Position numbers and translations under genes: made by a program. From Lama guanicoe (taxonomy: Eukaryota): DNA of 64,000 nt. Below, piece after piece: positions 1 to 13,023 of the stretch; the first letter of the stretch is position 1; every line of letters begins with the position of its first letter. The stretch spans positions 2,485,589-2,549,588 of the forward strand of contig MU053994.1 in the NCBI GenBank assembly GCA_013239625.1, given 5' to 3'. The notes below the pieces were generated by a model, which was not told the DNA's origin, did not search any database, and saw only the letters and a program-made list of their open reading frames with translations.

Positions 1-533
1 CAGTTTCCCCCTCTGCCCACTCTTGTGTTCTCCCCTCCCTTCCTTGGGGGTAGATCCCTGCTCGTTCAACTCCACCTCAGAGTCTTCCTGGAAAACCCAC
101 CAGGAGACCGTGACCTTGGGGAAGGAAAACACCCTTTCTGAACTGTGTTAGGAAGCTGTCTGAAAGTCCCAGGGCTATGTTTAACGCCACTCCTGGGGAT
201 CCCTTTGCGGTCGTTTTCACGGCTGCCACTCCAGCTCCCACCAGTTCTTGGCAATGAGACCCATCAAAGAACCCAAAGCTGCAGAAGCCTGAGACCCCAG
301 ACACACTGTGGAAAGTGGCTACCAACTAAGACCAGCTAGTGAGCAGTGCTGGGATCCTGTAGCTGTCAGCCGCATTTCCAAAAGCGCTGCCCTATGGCTT
401 TCAAGCCGACCTGCTGAAATTCTAAGGGATGAGTTCCCCACTCAGTCCCTCCAACCTGGAGACAGGCCTGGGAGGTTGTCCACTCCCACTGGAGGTTGTC
501 CAGGTTGACCTTTGCTGCCTCTCTTCCTCTAGG

Positions 534-832
534 GCGCCCTGTCCAGTAGAAATAAAATTCAAGCCACATAGGTAATCTTACATTTTCTAGTAGCCACACA
601 CACACAAGTCAAAAGAAACAGATGAAATTGACTGTAATAGAATACTCAATATATCCAAGAGATCATTTCAACATGTAATCAATACAAAAATAATTAATGA
701 GGTATTTTCGATTCTTTTTGTTCACACTAAAGTCTTTGAACTTGGGTGACTATTTGACGTAGCACCTTGTAATTCAGACCGGTCACACCGGAAGCATCCA
801 GTGGCCACTGTGGTGACCGTACTGGACAGCAC
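534..832 (+). mobile_element. MER33-like hAT-Charlie non-autonomous DNA transposon
   Basis: TIR-like ends ctgtccagtag / tactggacagc; internal ttttctagtagccaca and atttcaacatgtaatcaata match the recalled MER33 consensus. Confidence 0.8.
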
Positions 833-1949
833 ACAGGCATAGCTTATAAGGGATGAGAGTTGCAGGATAGGGCATATGAGAATCTGGGATTTGGAAGCTG
901 AGCACTTCCACTTCTAGGGCAGATGAGTTTTAAGCCTGAACTTGAAGGTCGTTGCTGGCCCTCCCTTCCCATCTCTCCCATAAATTAGGGTTCATGCTGT
1001 ACCGGCCTCATAACACAGGTGTGAGGCTGTATTTAACAAGCTCACACCCCTGAAGCACCTGGCCTGCCTGTACGCTGTCCAAAAGCAATGGCTTTCTTAT
1101 TGCCCCCTCAACCTCCACCCGCAGTCAGCATTTGTGTGCCTTGTACGAAGCCTTGACCAATTTTCTAATCCCGCTCAGGAAAGAAAGCGTTTGGAGAGAG
1201 GTATAATGCTACGCGCTCCTTTAGAACGTAAAACGTTTAATTAGATGCCAAGGATTGAAACTCTGGATTCAGAGCCCGAAATGGCTAATAAGGTTTTATT
1301 GTTGCTATTACTTAGAGTTTTTATAGAACTTTCGGCTTGCAGAGAGCTTTTCAATCACTTGAGAGAGTCTAAGTTTGTTAACAGCGAGATGAAAAAATGT
1401 TCTATTCGTCAGGAGAGACAACATACATAATATGTTAAGTATTTAAGAATTACGGCCCTGCTGTGAGAACTCCTGAAATTACTTCTATGTGGATGCCAGA
1501 GATTTTCGTTAGAGGCCCAGGACATTAATGTAGATACGATGTTATTACCCAGCTGAGTCTGCAAGGGTGAACTTTTGCAAGTCAGGAAATAGAGAAGTTT
1601 CTAAAACAAACATTAGCGGGCCCTGGTTACACATGTGCAGCTTGGTGCCCACATGCGATTTTTGAACATTTTTCTCAAGGAGCTCTTAAGGTTTTATGAG
1701 TGATCATATTATAAAATCATACCTAGTTCCAGTATGGCCTAATTTGCGACTGCTCTGGGTCACCAAAACCTCCCAGGATTCCACTGTTGGGGCTGCTGCA
1801 GTTGGAGACAAATTTGCACCAATTCCTCTATAAATATTACCAGCGGGGCAACCTTGGCTGGAAAGTATGGGAAAAATGGATCTCCCCTTCCCATGTGTAC
1901 AAAAGGTGAATTCTGGCCCTGTGGATTTTTGAATATCTCAGTTAGCTTC

Positions 1950-2371
1950 TGTGACAGCCACCGATCAGCTCAAAGCTCAGTACTTATGCCTCCAGATGGT
2001 TGGCTCGGTGGCTCTGCTGAGCTCAGCCAGACTCACTCCCGGCTGCCTGGTGGCGGATCGAGGCTGGCCTCAGCTCCTCTCCACCCCACATGTTTCTCAT
2101 GGTCCGGTAGACTAGCCTGGGCTCATGACTATGGAGACAGCAGATGCCCGAGAGAGAGCAGGCGCCAACGTGTGGGCCATTTGGGGGCCTCTGTGTCATG
2201 CCTGCTAAGGGCCCATTGGCCTGAGCCAGTCACGTGGCTGAGCCCAGCGCCCAGAGCTGGGGTAGACCTATCCACCCACTGGGGGAAGGCGTTGCAAAGT
2301 CACACGGTCAAGGGCATGGGTGAAAGGCAGCAGAGGGGGAGAGAGTGTGGCCATCTGTGTGAGCTACCACA
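1950..2371. mobile_element. MLT1-type (ERVL-MaLR) LTR fragment
   Basis: MLT1 motifs: ccattggcc..agtcacgtggctgagccca, gcaaagtcac, ending ctaccaca. Confidence 0.6.
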
Positions 2372-4050
2372 GGTGAGATTCATTTTCCTGGCAAGGGAAG
2401 GCAGAAACAGTCAATGTCATCCATGTCCACATCCACTTTGAGAGGAAAGGTTTCCAACTGGCAACCCCCAGCTAACGCCAACCCACTTCCAGTCCCCACC
2501 TTGGGACAGCCCTAGGCCAAAGGTCATGAGAAATTTTTGACTCAGCTCTAATGGGCGACTCTGACAGAGTGTGAAGCCAGAATGCTTTCCAGGTGCACCC
2601 CTTCCTCGACATCACATAGGCGAGTGCCCCCCAGCGCCCTCCTGCCTGTCTCCCTGTGGTAACCTCCACTTCTGGCCCTGCGCACTGTGTGGAATTGCAC
2701 CCCAGAACACAGGAGGACAGGAGGTACAGGCCCTGGTGGCTCTGTCTTGACCTGGTTTGGGTGGTCGCCACACATGCCGAGGAGAGACCCTGCTCTCTGC
2801 CACTGGGCCGAGCGTCAGCTGGCCCCAAGCCAGGCTAGCGTTCGTGCCCATCTGTCAGGGTGGCACCTGGCCCTCTTCTCGAAACAGATGGTTTCAATTG
2901 ATCTTTCCTTGCCAGTCGTCCGTGCCTGAACGCTCCAAACCTGCCCTGCTTTATCCTGGAACTTAACGCGCCCCTCACGTGTTCTAGTTCCCTGGATCTC
3001 TTCCCTGGGAGCCAAATGGTTTTTCCTTTTTCTTCCTTTTCTTTTTTCCTTAAACTTTCACTTTTCTGCAATAGTAGAATTATAAATGGACTTGTAAATA
3101 CAGCGGGAAAAATCAATAACCTGTATTTTCTAGGACAAAATGTAACCTCACAGCAAAGCACCAACAATTATAAAAAAAAATCATTTGTTTTTCCATTTCA
3201 CTGATCTTGACGTACAGCTCACCTCATATTCCCGGACCCTACTGACTTTGGCCTCCCTGGATGTAGGAGACTTGGCGGGACAAAGCCTGTCAACTGGAGA
3301 CAGAAAGTATGAAGGGCCATACCCGCCTCACCCTCAGCCTCGGGCTGACGATTTAGTGGCCCAGAGGACAAGGAGGACTGAACATGTATTTTGTTTTTAA
3401 AAGAAAGACATGAGTTAGGGCAGCTAAATGTTACAGATATTCCAAAGACAAGATGGTACCTCCTCGGCCCCGAGGCGCTAGCCTGGGAGGGGACAGGTGG
3501 CCCTGGTGACCTGGCCCAAGGATGGCAGGGCCCCTCCCCCAATGCACTGGACAAGAGGGTCCATGTGTTACGGACAAGGATGTCCGCACATCTCAGCATC
3601 TGAGTTCTCACTGGAAAATGGAAAATCCTAAGTGTCGTAAACAGATGTGCAGTGAAATTGCACCCTCTGGAGGGGGTGGCTTCTAAAGACAGGCGAAGAG
3701 AGGCAATCACCAGTAGTCAAAACCGCCCTTGAACATAACTTGGACGGCAACGTATGGGAAGCTCAGCACTAAATGCTCCGCAGCACGGTCCCTGATTCTC
3801 GGGGTGAGCCCCTGCTGCTGTGGTTCACCAGCACGTAGGGGCCATGCCGTGTGACAAATAGGTGGCGCAGACACTGGTATCACTTGGCAAGATTGGAGAG
3901 ACGCATTTGAATTGAAAGCAACTGAGGAAATAGATTTGTGGCGTCCATCTCAAGCTCATTCTTTGAGTAAACGGGTGGTCAGAATCGCCTCTATTGTTGA
4001 AACTGTTTTTTCTTGTTCTGCGAAGGTATGCGGTTCAATCGACATACTTT

Positions 4051-4285
4051 ATTTTTATTTTTACTGAAGTACAGTTGATTTACAATGTTGTGTTAGTTTT
4101 TGGTGCACAGCATAGTGATTCAGCTATACATACATATTCCTTTTCATATTCTTTTTCATTATAGGCTATTACAAGGTATTGAATACAGTTCTCTGTGCTA
4201 TCCAGTAGAACCTTGCTGTTTATCTATTTTATATATAGTAGTGTGTATTTACAAATTCCAAACACCCTATTTATTCCTCCCCCTC
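4051..4285 (-). mobile_element. 5'-truncated L1 3' end with 15-bp TSD
   Basis: Cetartiodactyl L1 3' UTR on the minus strand, flanked by caatcgacatacttt (4036-4050) and caatcaacgtacttt (4286-4300). Confidence 0.85.
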
Positions 4286-4359
4286 CAATCAACGTACTTT
4301 AAAGGAGTATAGGTAACTCCGTTGCATATTGACATGAGCATCCGTAGAATAAAGTACGC

Positions 4360-4760
4360 CATAAGTTTGTTTTCTATGTCTGGAAGTCTGTTTCTGTTTT
4401 GTAAATTAGTTCATTTGTGTCGGTTTTTTTTTTTTTTTAGATTCCACATATAAGTGATGTCATATGGTATTTTTCTTTCTCTTCCTGGCTTCTCTTGGAA
4501 TGCCGATCCTACTGGGGGAAAGAAGGTGTGAATGGATAAATTGGGAGTTCGCAATTTGCAGATACTAACTACTATATATAAAATAGATGAACAACAAGGT
4601 CCTACTGTATAGCACAGGGAACTATATTCAATACCTTGTAGTAACCCATAATGAAAAAGAATATGAAAAGGAATATATCTTGTAGGTGTATGACTGAAAC
4701 ATTATGCTGTACACCAGAAATGGACACATTGTAAACTGACTATACTGCAATAAAGAAAAA
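4360..4760 (+). mobile_element. L1 3' end with 5' inversion (twin priming)
   Basis: 4360-~4509 antisense L1 and ~4510-4760 sense L1 ending in AATAAA/A-tail; TSD-like agaataaagtacgc (4346-4359) and agaacaatgtatgc (4761-4774). Confidence 0.75.
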
Positions 4761-6753
4761 AGAACAATGTATGCAAAGGTATGCCCCCAGATGGTATGTT
4801 TTTATCTCTAGATGTCAGAGATACTTTTTTTCCTTTTGTCTTTTTGTGTGTGTGTGTGTACGCACACGTATGTGCGCACTTATCTGTATTTTTACCTTTT
4901 TCTCCACTGGCCAGCCTGAAGGTGAATTTTGTATGAGTTCTATAATATAAAAGCAATGGTTTTGTAAGCCAGTGCTGGCTCACCGTGAGGTGATCACCCA
5001 GGCCAGAAGGGTCGCAGTCCTCTCTAGATTTCCCCGCCCACCAGGGCCTCCTAAGAGGAGGTGGTGTGTACTCTACTTGAAGCCCAGGGTGGTTCTCTTG
5101 GCTGCCACATTCAAAGGGATTGGGAGGCATCAGAGCGGGTGCTGACAGATGCCCGTGACCCTGCCGGGCCCCCTGAGGAACACAGCTCCCCTGCCCTAAC
5201 TCCATTCTGCTACCCACTGGGGCTCAAAAAAAATTGGAAATGCCTCCTGCAGAGATGGCTCCCCACCCTGGGGCCCCAGCTTCCCTGGCCCCTCCCTTCA
5301 GGGCTGGGATGGGGCTCTGGTGGCCCCCCTGTCACTTGTCATGCCACTGTGGTTGTCATGCCAAAAAGTGAGCTCACAGAGCTGAACCAGCAGCCTTGGC
5401 CCAGCAGGAGGGACCCGGGCAAACACAGGACACGGTTCAGAGCAACAAGCGTAGCCCGGCAGCCCTCACGTAGGTACAAGTTGGAAGCTGGAAGCAATCC
5501 CTTGCAGCAACTGGCTGTCATTTCCCATCAGCATGCTCCAGTCTCACAACACACTAATGACAGTGGCTCCCAGGTCCCGGCTGCTCCCCCCAAACAGGAA
5601 CAGGACAGTGAGGACGATCTCTCATTTAATCCGAGTAACCAACCTCCAGGAAGGTCCTTCAACAACTTTGAAGAGGAAGGAAGCTGGGTGAGGGGAGGTA
5701 AATGAATTCACCTACGTGTTGGGGGTTGGGCTCCCCAGGAAGAAGACTGAGACAGAGGTGAGCGCAAGGAATGTTTGTGAAGTGCCTTTGGAAGGGCAAA
5801 GCCAGCTGTGATGCGGGCCCAGGGACAGCCTCAGCCACCCCCTTGGGAAGGTCTGGAGTGAGAATGGCCCTTCGGAGTTGTCCCAAGTTGCGCCAGGATG
5901 GCTGGACTTTTCTACTCTGGCAGCCATCAGTCAGTGGATAGGGACCACCCCAGCAGGCTGTGTGTGACCTTGGTGAGGCGCTCTCTAGAGCCCAGCAGAC
6001 TTCGAAGGAGCTGACAGCTGAGGCCTGTCTGTGAATAGCACCGTGGATAGCAGCTGGGGCTATTCTGGGCCCCTTCACATCACCATGCCTGCCCCACCAA
6101 GGTCACCCAGCTAATGGGTGACAGAGCTGCCCCAGAAAGTGAGCGATCCAATATCTGCCATTTCTGCTCTGCTGCTGAACTAAGCAGCCTCCCCTGGGCT
6201 CACCGCAGCCCTGGTCCTCCACCTGGACGGGGTCTTCTCTTAGACCCTCTAGAAAAGAGGGAGCCCCTTTCGGAATTTCGATAACCAGGCCATTCCAGGG
6301 CTCCCTGGGCCCCACCACAGGCGCTCCCTGGCCAGCTGTTCCCATGACTAAGGCTGTGGATCTTTCCGCTTTTTTCCCCAACTAAGCCAGACAGTGCAAG
6401 GCCCTCTCCAGCGCCGAGGTGGGCCCTTCTGTCCCCATCACCACCTGCAGCCCTGCTACATCCTTTAGCATTTTTTCAGATGGGCTGTAATTATCCAAAG
6501 GACTTTTATTAAAGCCTGAGATGATTCGCAGGGGAAACAGAGCATTCAAAGTGCATAGCGACACCGGAAAGCATGGTTGTCTCATCCTCCGATAGCTTAC
6601 CAACATCAGTAAGCTGAGTCCAAATCCCAATTCCGAGTTTTCCCTTTTCCCATCTCAGACTTTTAGTCACCCCGTTCTCCCCACCCCTGTCAACCCCCAG
6701 CCACACAGGAGGGGGACAATAACAGCCTTTGTCAGCCACTTAGTCCGGCCTGG

Positions 6754-7216
6754 TGTATTCATTTGCTAGGGCTGCTGTAACCAAGTACCACACGCTGAGG
6801 GGCTTAAACAATAGAAATGTATCGCCCCGCCGTTCTGGAGGCCAGAAGTCCAAGATCACGGTGTGGGCAGGGTTGGTTCCTCCTGAGGGTGTGAGGGAGA
6901 ATCTGTTCCCGGCCCCTCCCCCAGCTTCCGGTGGTTTGCTGGCTGTCTTTGGCGTCCCTTGGCTTGTAGAAGCATCCCCGCCATCTCTGCCTTCATCCTC
7001 ACATGGCGCGTTCCCTATACGCATGTTTCCGTGTGCAAATTTTCCTCCTTTAAGGGCACCAGTCATATTCAATTAAGTCCCACCCTCATAACCTCATTTT
7101 AATTTGATTACCTCTGTAGAGATTCCGTCTCCCAATCAGGTCACATTCTGAGGTCCTAGGGGTTAGGACACCAACATATCTCTTGAGGTGAGCGGGATGC
7201 GATTCAACCCCTAACA
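6754..7216. mobile_element. MLT1B/C-like MaLR solo LTR
   Basis: tgtattcatttgctagggctgctgtaac...ggaggccagaagtccaagatc...ggtcacattctgagg...attcaacccctaaca. Confidence 0.85.
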
Positions 7217-8959
7217 CTTCCTAATTCCAAACTTAGAGTGGGCATTTCTGCTTTTTGTGTGCATGGCATGCCTGGCCATCTTCTTCTGGTAACAGCATTC
7301 CTCTTCCTTAGGAATGAACCCTTCCATGCGGCTGCCAATAACAGGACCCCGCCCTCCCGTTACAGGGATGGGCATGTGACCCAAACTGGCCAATCAGCAG
7401 ATACTCTCTCTCTGTCTCTCTCTTTCTATGTTTTGTAATTATTTAAGTGAATGAGGTGAGAGAATGAGAAAGAGAGAGAGACAGAGAGAAAAACAGAGAG
7501 GTGGAGAGATTGAAAGAGAGAAATTGGTGCTGTTCCTAAAAATTAACCCAGGCCCAGTCTGTTCTCCACATTTGCTCTTTCAGGGAAGTCCTCCCTGGAC
7601 TATGACAAACCTAAAGCTGCGGTGGCTGGGGAAACAGGGAGGCAAGAGAAACAGATCAATCAGAAGCCCCCCAATCACAGAGGAGTGGTAGGTGGCCCAT
7701 CCACCTGCGCAAGCGCACCCTGTGGGCTCTGTGAGCTATAAGGAGGCAGGGCATCTCTCTCTTCTCCAAGCTGCCCTGGGGATGCTTCAAATCAAGCCCC
7801 AGGTCCACTTCTAGCTGATGAAACCGTATCAGGCACAAATTATGTGTCTGTCACTCTCTTACCCCATCCTTCCCTCCCTGTTTTCTTCCTCATTAATAAT
7901 ACAACAGTAGATCCACTCTGATCACAGACTTACTCAGTCACCTTTCTCATATATATATTTTTTTTTTTCACAAAATCCAATAGTGTTTTGTATCAGTAGA
8001 ATGGACCTTATGTGCTGGGATCAGAAATCAGACAAACCATGTAAGCTTTCCAAAATTCTGTTGAATATTATTTTACTATCTGGAAGTATTGAGTGGTCCT
8101 GAGACCGTAAAGGAATACAGAATCCTTGTAAAATTCAAAGGTCTTTAGACTAGGCAAGGAAGGTCTTAAAAGGTATATAGAAATGAAGATTCTATTGGAG
8201 TACTCAGCCTAGGTAGGGCTTGCTGATGTAAGTGAGAAGAGTGAAGAATTAGGTAATGTCACGGACTCACGCCCACCCCCTTGGAGTTATAGAACCATTG
8301 ACATAGCAACTCTAAATGTCAATGCAGGTTCTTTCTGCAACCTTGACCGTGCCGAGAAGATGGTATAATGGTTTCCTTAGTGGGTGCGAGAGGAATCGTC
8401 TGACTCTCTGCAGTTCCAGGGCTCACGTGTGGCCAAAATTTCTGGTCAAAAGTAACTTCATTTCACTGGGATGATAACCATGTTCCATAGTGGGTAACAT
8501 GTTTTGAGCCAGGGATGATTTCTTATTTAGAAATGTTTAAGAGTAGCCCATATTTTCTTGTAAAGAATCTGGACACATTGAGCATTTTATGTACTTGTAA
8601 TGTTTAAGAAGATTTAGCCTATTCGAGTAACAGCCATGTGACTCTAACTTAAAATATGTAACTGATGTAGACTTAGGATTTAAAGTTGAAATTGTACTGT
8701 CTATGTATGGTACCAGAACAGTCAGGAAAGTTTTAATTTCACTGGCTTTAAAAGTTTGATTTATGTTATTTAATAAATCTATTCATATTTGAGAAAGTTT
8801 TGTTCATTCAGACAGGTGAAGTGTTTTAAAGGGAAAAAGAATACATGAAATTTTGATGCAAGTGGCTGTCTCAAGGGGCAGGTTATGACTATCATAATTG
8901 GGCTCTTACCCACCCGCCATTCTCTTATTTACAAAACCCAGATTTTGTTCAGTCATGGA

Positions 8960-9380
8960 GGGCTTTGTGACTCGGGGAAAGCTGGGCCCCTCTGCAGCCC
9001 AGGGGTGGAGCTGGGGGTGAATCCTGACAAATCAAAGCCAATAGCAGTAATTCCATTCCTCTTGCCAGTGACTGGTTCAGGAAAGGAAGTGTGATGCAAT
9101 TTTGACCAAAGATTTAGATGGAGAAGTCTGCTGGGAGGCTTTAAGGAAGGTTTTCCTTTCAAAGAGGAGCGCAGGGAAAGAGATATGACTCTTCCCTTCT
9201 GGCCTTGGAATGTTGTGTGAGCATGTGATGCTTGGAGCTGATGCAGCCATTTTGTGAGCTTGAGGGGAGGCATTGACAACTGAGGATGGCAGAATAGAAA
9301 TGTGGAAAGAAGCTGAGTTACTGAGCCTCCAAAGTAACCAGTCATCATAGAGTGTTTAAATAATACATTCTCCTTATGTT
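8960..9380. mobile_element. Old MaLR/ERVL LTR (MLT1J/K-like)
   Basis: Motifs agccaat...gaagtctgctgggaggcttt...ggagctgatgcagccatttt. Confidence 0.55.
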
Positions 9381-9759
9381 TTTTCAGAAAGTTTTTTATT
9401 CAATCCATGTTTTAGTAACTCCTCTTCTTGTTTTAAGGATTCCTCTTTGGTTATCATTAAAATAATCTTGCATCTTCCCCTTCCTGGATAAAACATTTGC
9501 TTGTTTTTGTTGATTTATGTGAGGGAAAGGATATTTTCAAATCTCCAAAAGGATAGAGTTATTTGGGGTGTTTGTTATTGTTACTTTCTAATTTTATTGT
9601 ATTATGGTCAGATAATATGGCTTATATGATACTTTTGGGGAATATATTCAGATTTTCTTTGAAGGCCAAGTCTTGGTTAATTTTTATGAATTCTCCACAA
9701 GGGTTTCAATTGAATATGTATTGGATGCAATGCTTTATATATGTCTATTAAATGTTGAA

Positions 9760-10146
9760 GCTGGGGACATCTTGAAGGCTCCTTCACTTACATGCCTAAT
9801 ACCTGAGCTGGGAAGACTTAGTGTAACTGGCAGCTGGGATGCGTGGGCTCCTCAGGCAGCACTCCATCCCTGTGTGGTCTCTCTGCATGGTGGCTTCAGG
9901 GTAATCGGACTTCCTATATAGGGGCTCAGGACTCTAAAGACATGCGTTCCGAAAGGGATAGAGTTAGGCAGAAGTCATATAGCATGTTGTAATCCAGCCT
10001 CGAAAGTCACGCAGCATCACTTCTGCCAAATTCTATTCATTAAGAATCAAATCTCTAAGGCCAGCACAAGTTCAAAGAGATAGGCGTTAGATTCCATCAC
10101 TTGATGTGTCAAAGAATTTGCAAACCTGTTTTAAAACCACACCACA
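9760..10146. mobile_element. MLT1F/G-like LTR fragment
   Basis: gcatggtggcttcagggtaatcggacttc, aagtcacgcagcatcacttctgcc. Confidence 0.65.
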
Positions 10147-11559
10147 GCACACCAGCCTAATGTGTCTATAGAATATAAAAAACATGGGTGGGTGGCTGTT
10201 TCTGTTCCCATCTCCAGAACAGACATGGCTTTTCCTCGTAACCTTGGCTTTCCAGCATCTCCCAGGCTTCCATGTCACTTTGGTGGCCAACTCTGCCCTC
10301 ATTCTAAAATGTCGCCCCTCTATAGTCATGCTTGCACTGTCAAACCTTCTTATTCACCACTTTTGCTGAGCCCTTTTATCCCCCAGAACCCTGAGGGATA
10401 TTATTAAAATGATTGTTCTTATTCTAAGTCACTAAGATTTGAAGATGATCCAATAGACAGCAACAGGTCACTGAAAACCACTGCCTTATTTTGAAGGATA
10501 GTTTTCTAGCACAAAGGTCAGAGTAGGGCTACTCTCCTGGTCTTTCCAAAGGGATAAGATCCCATGTGACTCTACCCTCTGTGAGGTTGTACATTTCTCT
10601 AGATGCAACATTTTGGCCAAGACGATGAAACCTTATGTTTGTGAAAGTACTTTCATTAGCTCAACACCTTTTTTGATGCTTACTGCGTACAGAAAAACTT
10701 AAGAATGAACAGACTTCTGCGTGGAAGCTTTAAAGTTGAGTCTCTTTTTTTTTAATTGTGGGAACACTTAACATGAGCTATACCCTCTTAAACTTTTAAG
10801 TGCACAATACAGTATTGTTATCTACCGGCACACGGGTGTACAGCAGATCTCTAGAACTCCTTCGTCTTGCGTCACTGAAGCTTTATATCCATTGATGGAG
10901 CAACGTTCCCTCTCCCCCTCCCTCCCAGGGTTGAGTCTTCATTGAATTAATTTTTTTGATTAACAAAGCATAGGAGAAATATATCTCCATTTCATGTTTA
11001 ACAAGTATCTAATCTTCTCTACAATAAATTAGCCGAATGTATAAACTTCACATTTCTTATTAAGAAATCCTTGAAGTTTGAAACTATAGAATACCGAAAA
11101 GTATATGCTAGATAATACTTTTTTTTTTTTAGATAATACATTTTTACAATGAATTCTTCTGGATGCTCAGTTATTGCCAATAAGGCCCCCAAATAAATAT
11201 AAGTTAAATGACAAAAAAGAATGGCAAATTGTAACTAATTTCAAAATTTTCTTTGAAAACTAAGGACATTAAAAAACAGCAAATATGTTTAAAAATTTTT
11301 GAATTAAAGTATAGTTGATTTACAATGTTGTGTTAGTTTCAGGTGAACAGCAAAGTGACTCAGTTATACATACATATATATATTCTTTTTCAGATTCTTT
11401 TCCATTATATGTCATTACAAGATATTGACTATAGTTCCCTGTGCTATTCAAAAATGTTTTTAAAAATAAGACAGATTATAAAATTATAGATTTTGTAATA
11501 ATACCGTCTCTCACATGCCTTTATTCATCCAGGCATTCATATTCAATAACTACTCTTTG

Positions 11560-11815
11560 AATGCCTAATATTAATAATAATCAACATTTTGGAGGCTTTT
11601 TATATATCAGGTATTATGCTAAAACTCTGGAGAGCATCTTATCCTTCTAACAGCCTTTGTGGGGTATTATTTTCTTTATTCCTGTTGCACAGATGAGGAA
11701 ACTGAGGCAGAGAGAAGTTAAGTAACTTGCCCAGTTGCTAAGCAGTGGTGCCCAGATGGGAGCTCAGGGTGTGTGCCCAGGATTCTTCCTTTAAACCTCT
11801 ATCCTCTGCTGCCTC
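11560..11815 (-). mobile_element. MIR SINE
   Basis: MIR core acagatgaggaaactgaggcagagagaagttaagtaacttgccc. Confidence 0.75.
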
Positions 11816-11996
11816 CATGTGCCCAGTGAGAAACTCCAGCGCTGAGCGGGAGAGTTGTTTAAACAAGCTCTTCACTTCAGGGAGTTGCCACAGAGATCAA
11901 AGAGACCAACCTAGCCCAGGAACAAATGGCATAGCTGCAAACTTGGTAGGACAGGTCTTACCAGTTTGGGGTTAAATAAGTTCCCGTGGCTCTTGG

Positions 11997-11998
<2 letters not shown>

Positions 11999-12036
<38 letters not shown>
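11999..12036 (+). repeat. (GT)19 microsatellite at a SINE tail
   Basis: Direct reading. Confidence 0.95.
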
Positions 12037-12039
<3 letters not shown>

Positions 12040-12161
12040 GGAGGGGAGGTAATTAGGTTTGTTTATTTATTCATTCATTTTTAATAGAGATACTGGTGAT
12101 TGAACCCAGGACCTCATGCATGCTAAGCACACGCTCTACCATTGAGCTCTACCCTCCCCCC
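12040..12161 (-). mobile_element. tRNA-derived SINE (camelid vic-1-like)
   Basis: Reverse complement has A box tagagctcaatggt and B box ggttcaatc, then A-rich tail and cctaattacctcccc. Confidence 0.85.
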
Positions 12162-12490
12162 GTTTTTTTTAACAATTTTTTTTAACGTTTAACACTTTCA
12201 AACTTACACAAAAGGAGAAAGAGTAGCATCCTGAGTATCCCAAGTACCCATCGCCCAGCATAATTTGTATCCACTTATGGCCAATCTTGCTCCATCTATA
12301 CCCCACCCACTTTTTCCTTCCCCCACCTCCTCCCTACCGAATTTTTTGCAGTGAATCCCAGCCATCATATTCCTTTATCCACAAATCCTTCAGTATGTAT
12401 CTTTTAAAGAGAAAGAATCCTTGTAAACATAACCACAATACCAATATTGCCCCCAAATAATTAATGATGATACCTTAATATCATTCAATC

Positions 12491-13023
12491 TGTAGGGGAG
12501 AAAAATCATTTTTCCTTCTGGGTTCTTGGCTGAGACCCCCTGTAATAAAAGGTAGGTTAACAGGCGAAAAACAGAAGTTTAGTCACATGTATACCTCCTG
12601 TATATATGAGAGAGACCCAGGAAAATTGAGGAACTCCTCGAAATGGCCAAAGCCTCCACCTTATATACCATTTCCTGCTAAAGAAAAAGGACGATGGGGA
12701 GGAAGGTCCGGGGGGGTGAGCAGTCAGTTATGGGAGGTTATCAGGAAAAACACAGTAAACAAAGTTAAGGTTGTTACCCAGATTTAGGTCGTCACCTTCT
12801 TTGATAAGAGTTTCTAAAGATTTAGTCATCCTTCTCTTCCTGGTACAGAGAGGGAGACACCCTGATACCTGGAGATTTCCCTTAGAAATATCTCTTACAA
12901 AAAGGTAACTTCTACTCTGTTTTCAGTTTTTCCTATGACTGCTGTTTCTTAAAAATCATCAGCCTAAAATAACTTTTCTGCCAAAGAGACATATTTTGGG
13001 GTGGCAAATTCTGCTCTCCTTCA
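12491..13023 (-). mobile_element. MER34-like ERV1 solo LTR inserted in an old L1
   Basis: TG...CA ends, near-TSD aatc/agtc; minus-strand start tgaaggagagcagaatttgccaccccaaaatatg resembles MER34. Confidence 0.7.

Noticed and set aside
471..502. Short direct repeats (ggaggttgtcca x2; also 32184-32215 and ~47700-47722) as CRISPR-like arrays
   Set aside because: Two-copy slippage duplications in mammalian DNA, with no spacer array and no cas genes.
1854..6078. ORFs of 139-214 aa (1854-2441, 3219-3710, 4702-5217, 5061-5705, 5659-6078)
   Set aside because: No recognisable domain; most have non-ATG starts or overlap LTR/L1 relics; no supportable exon chain.
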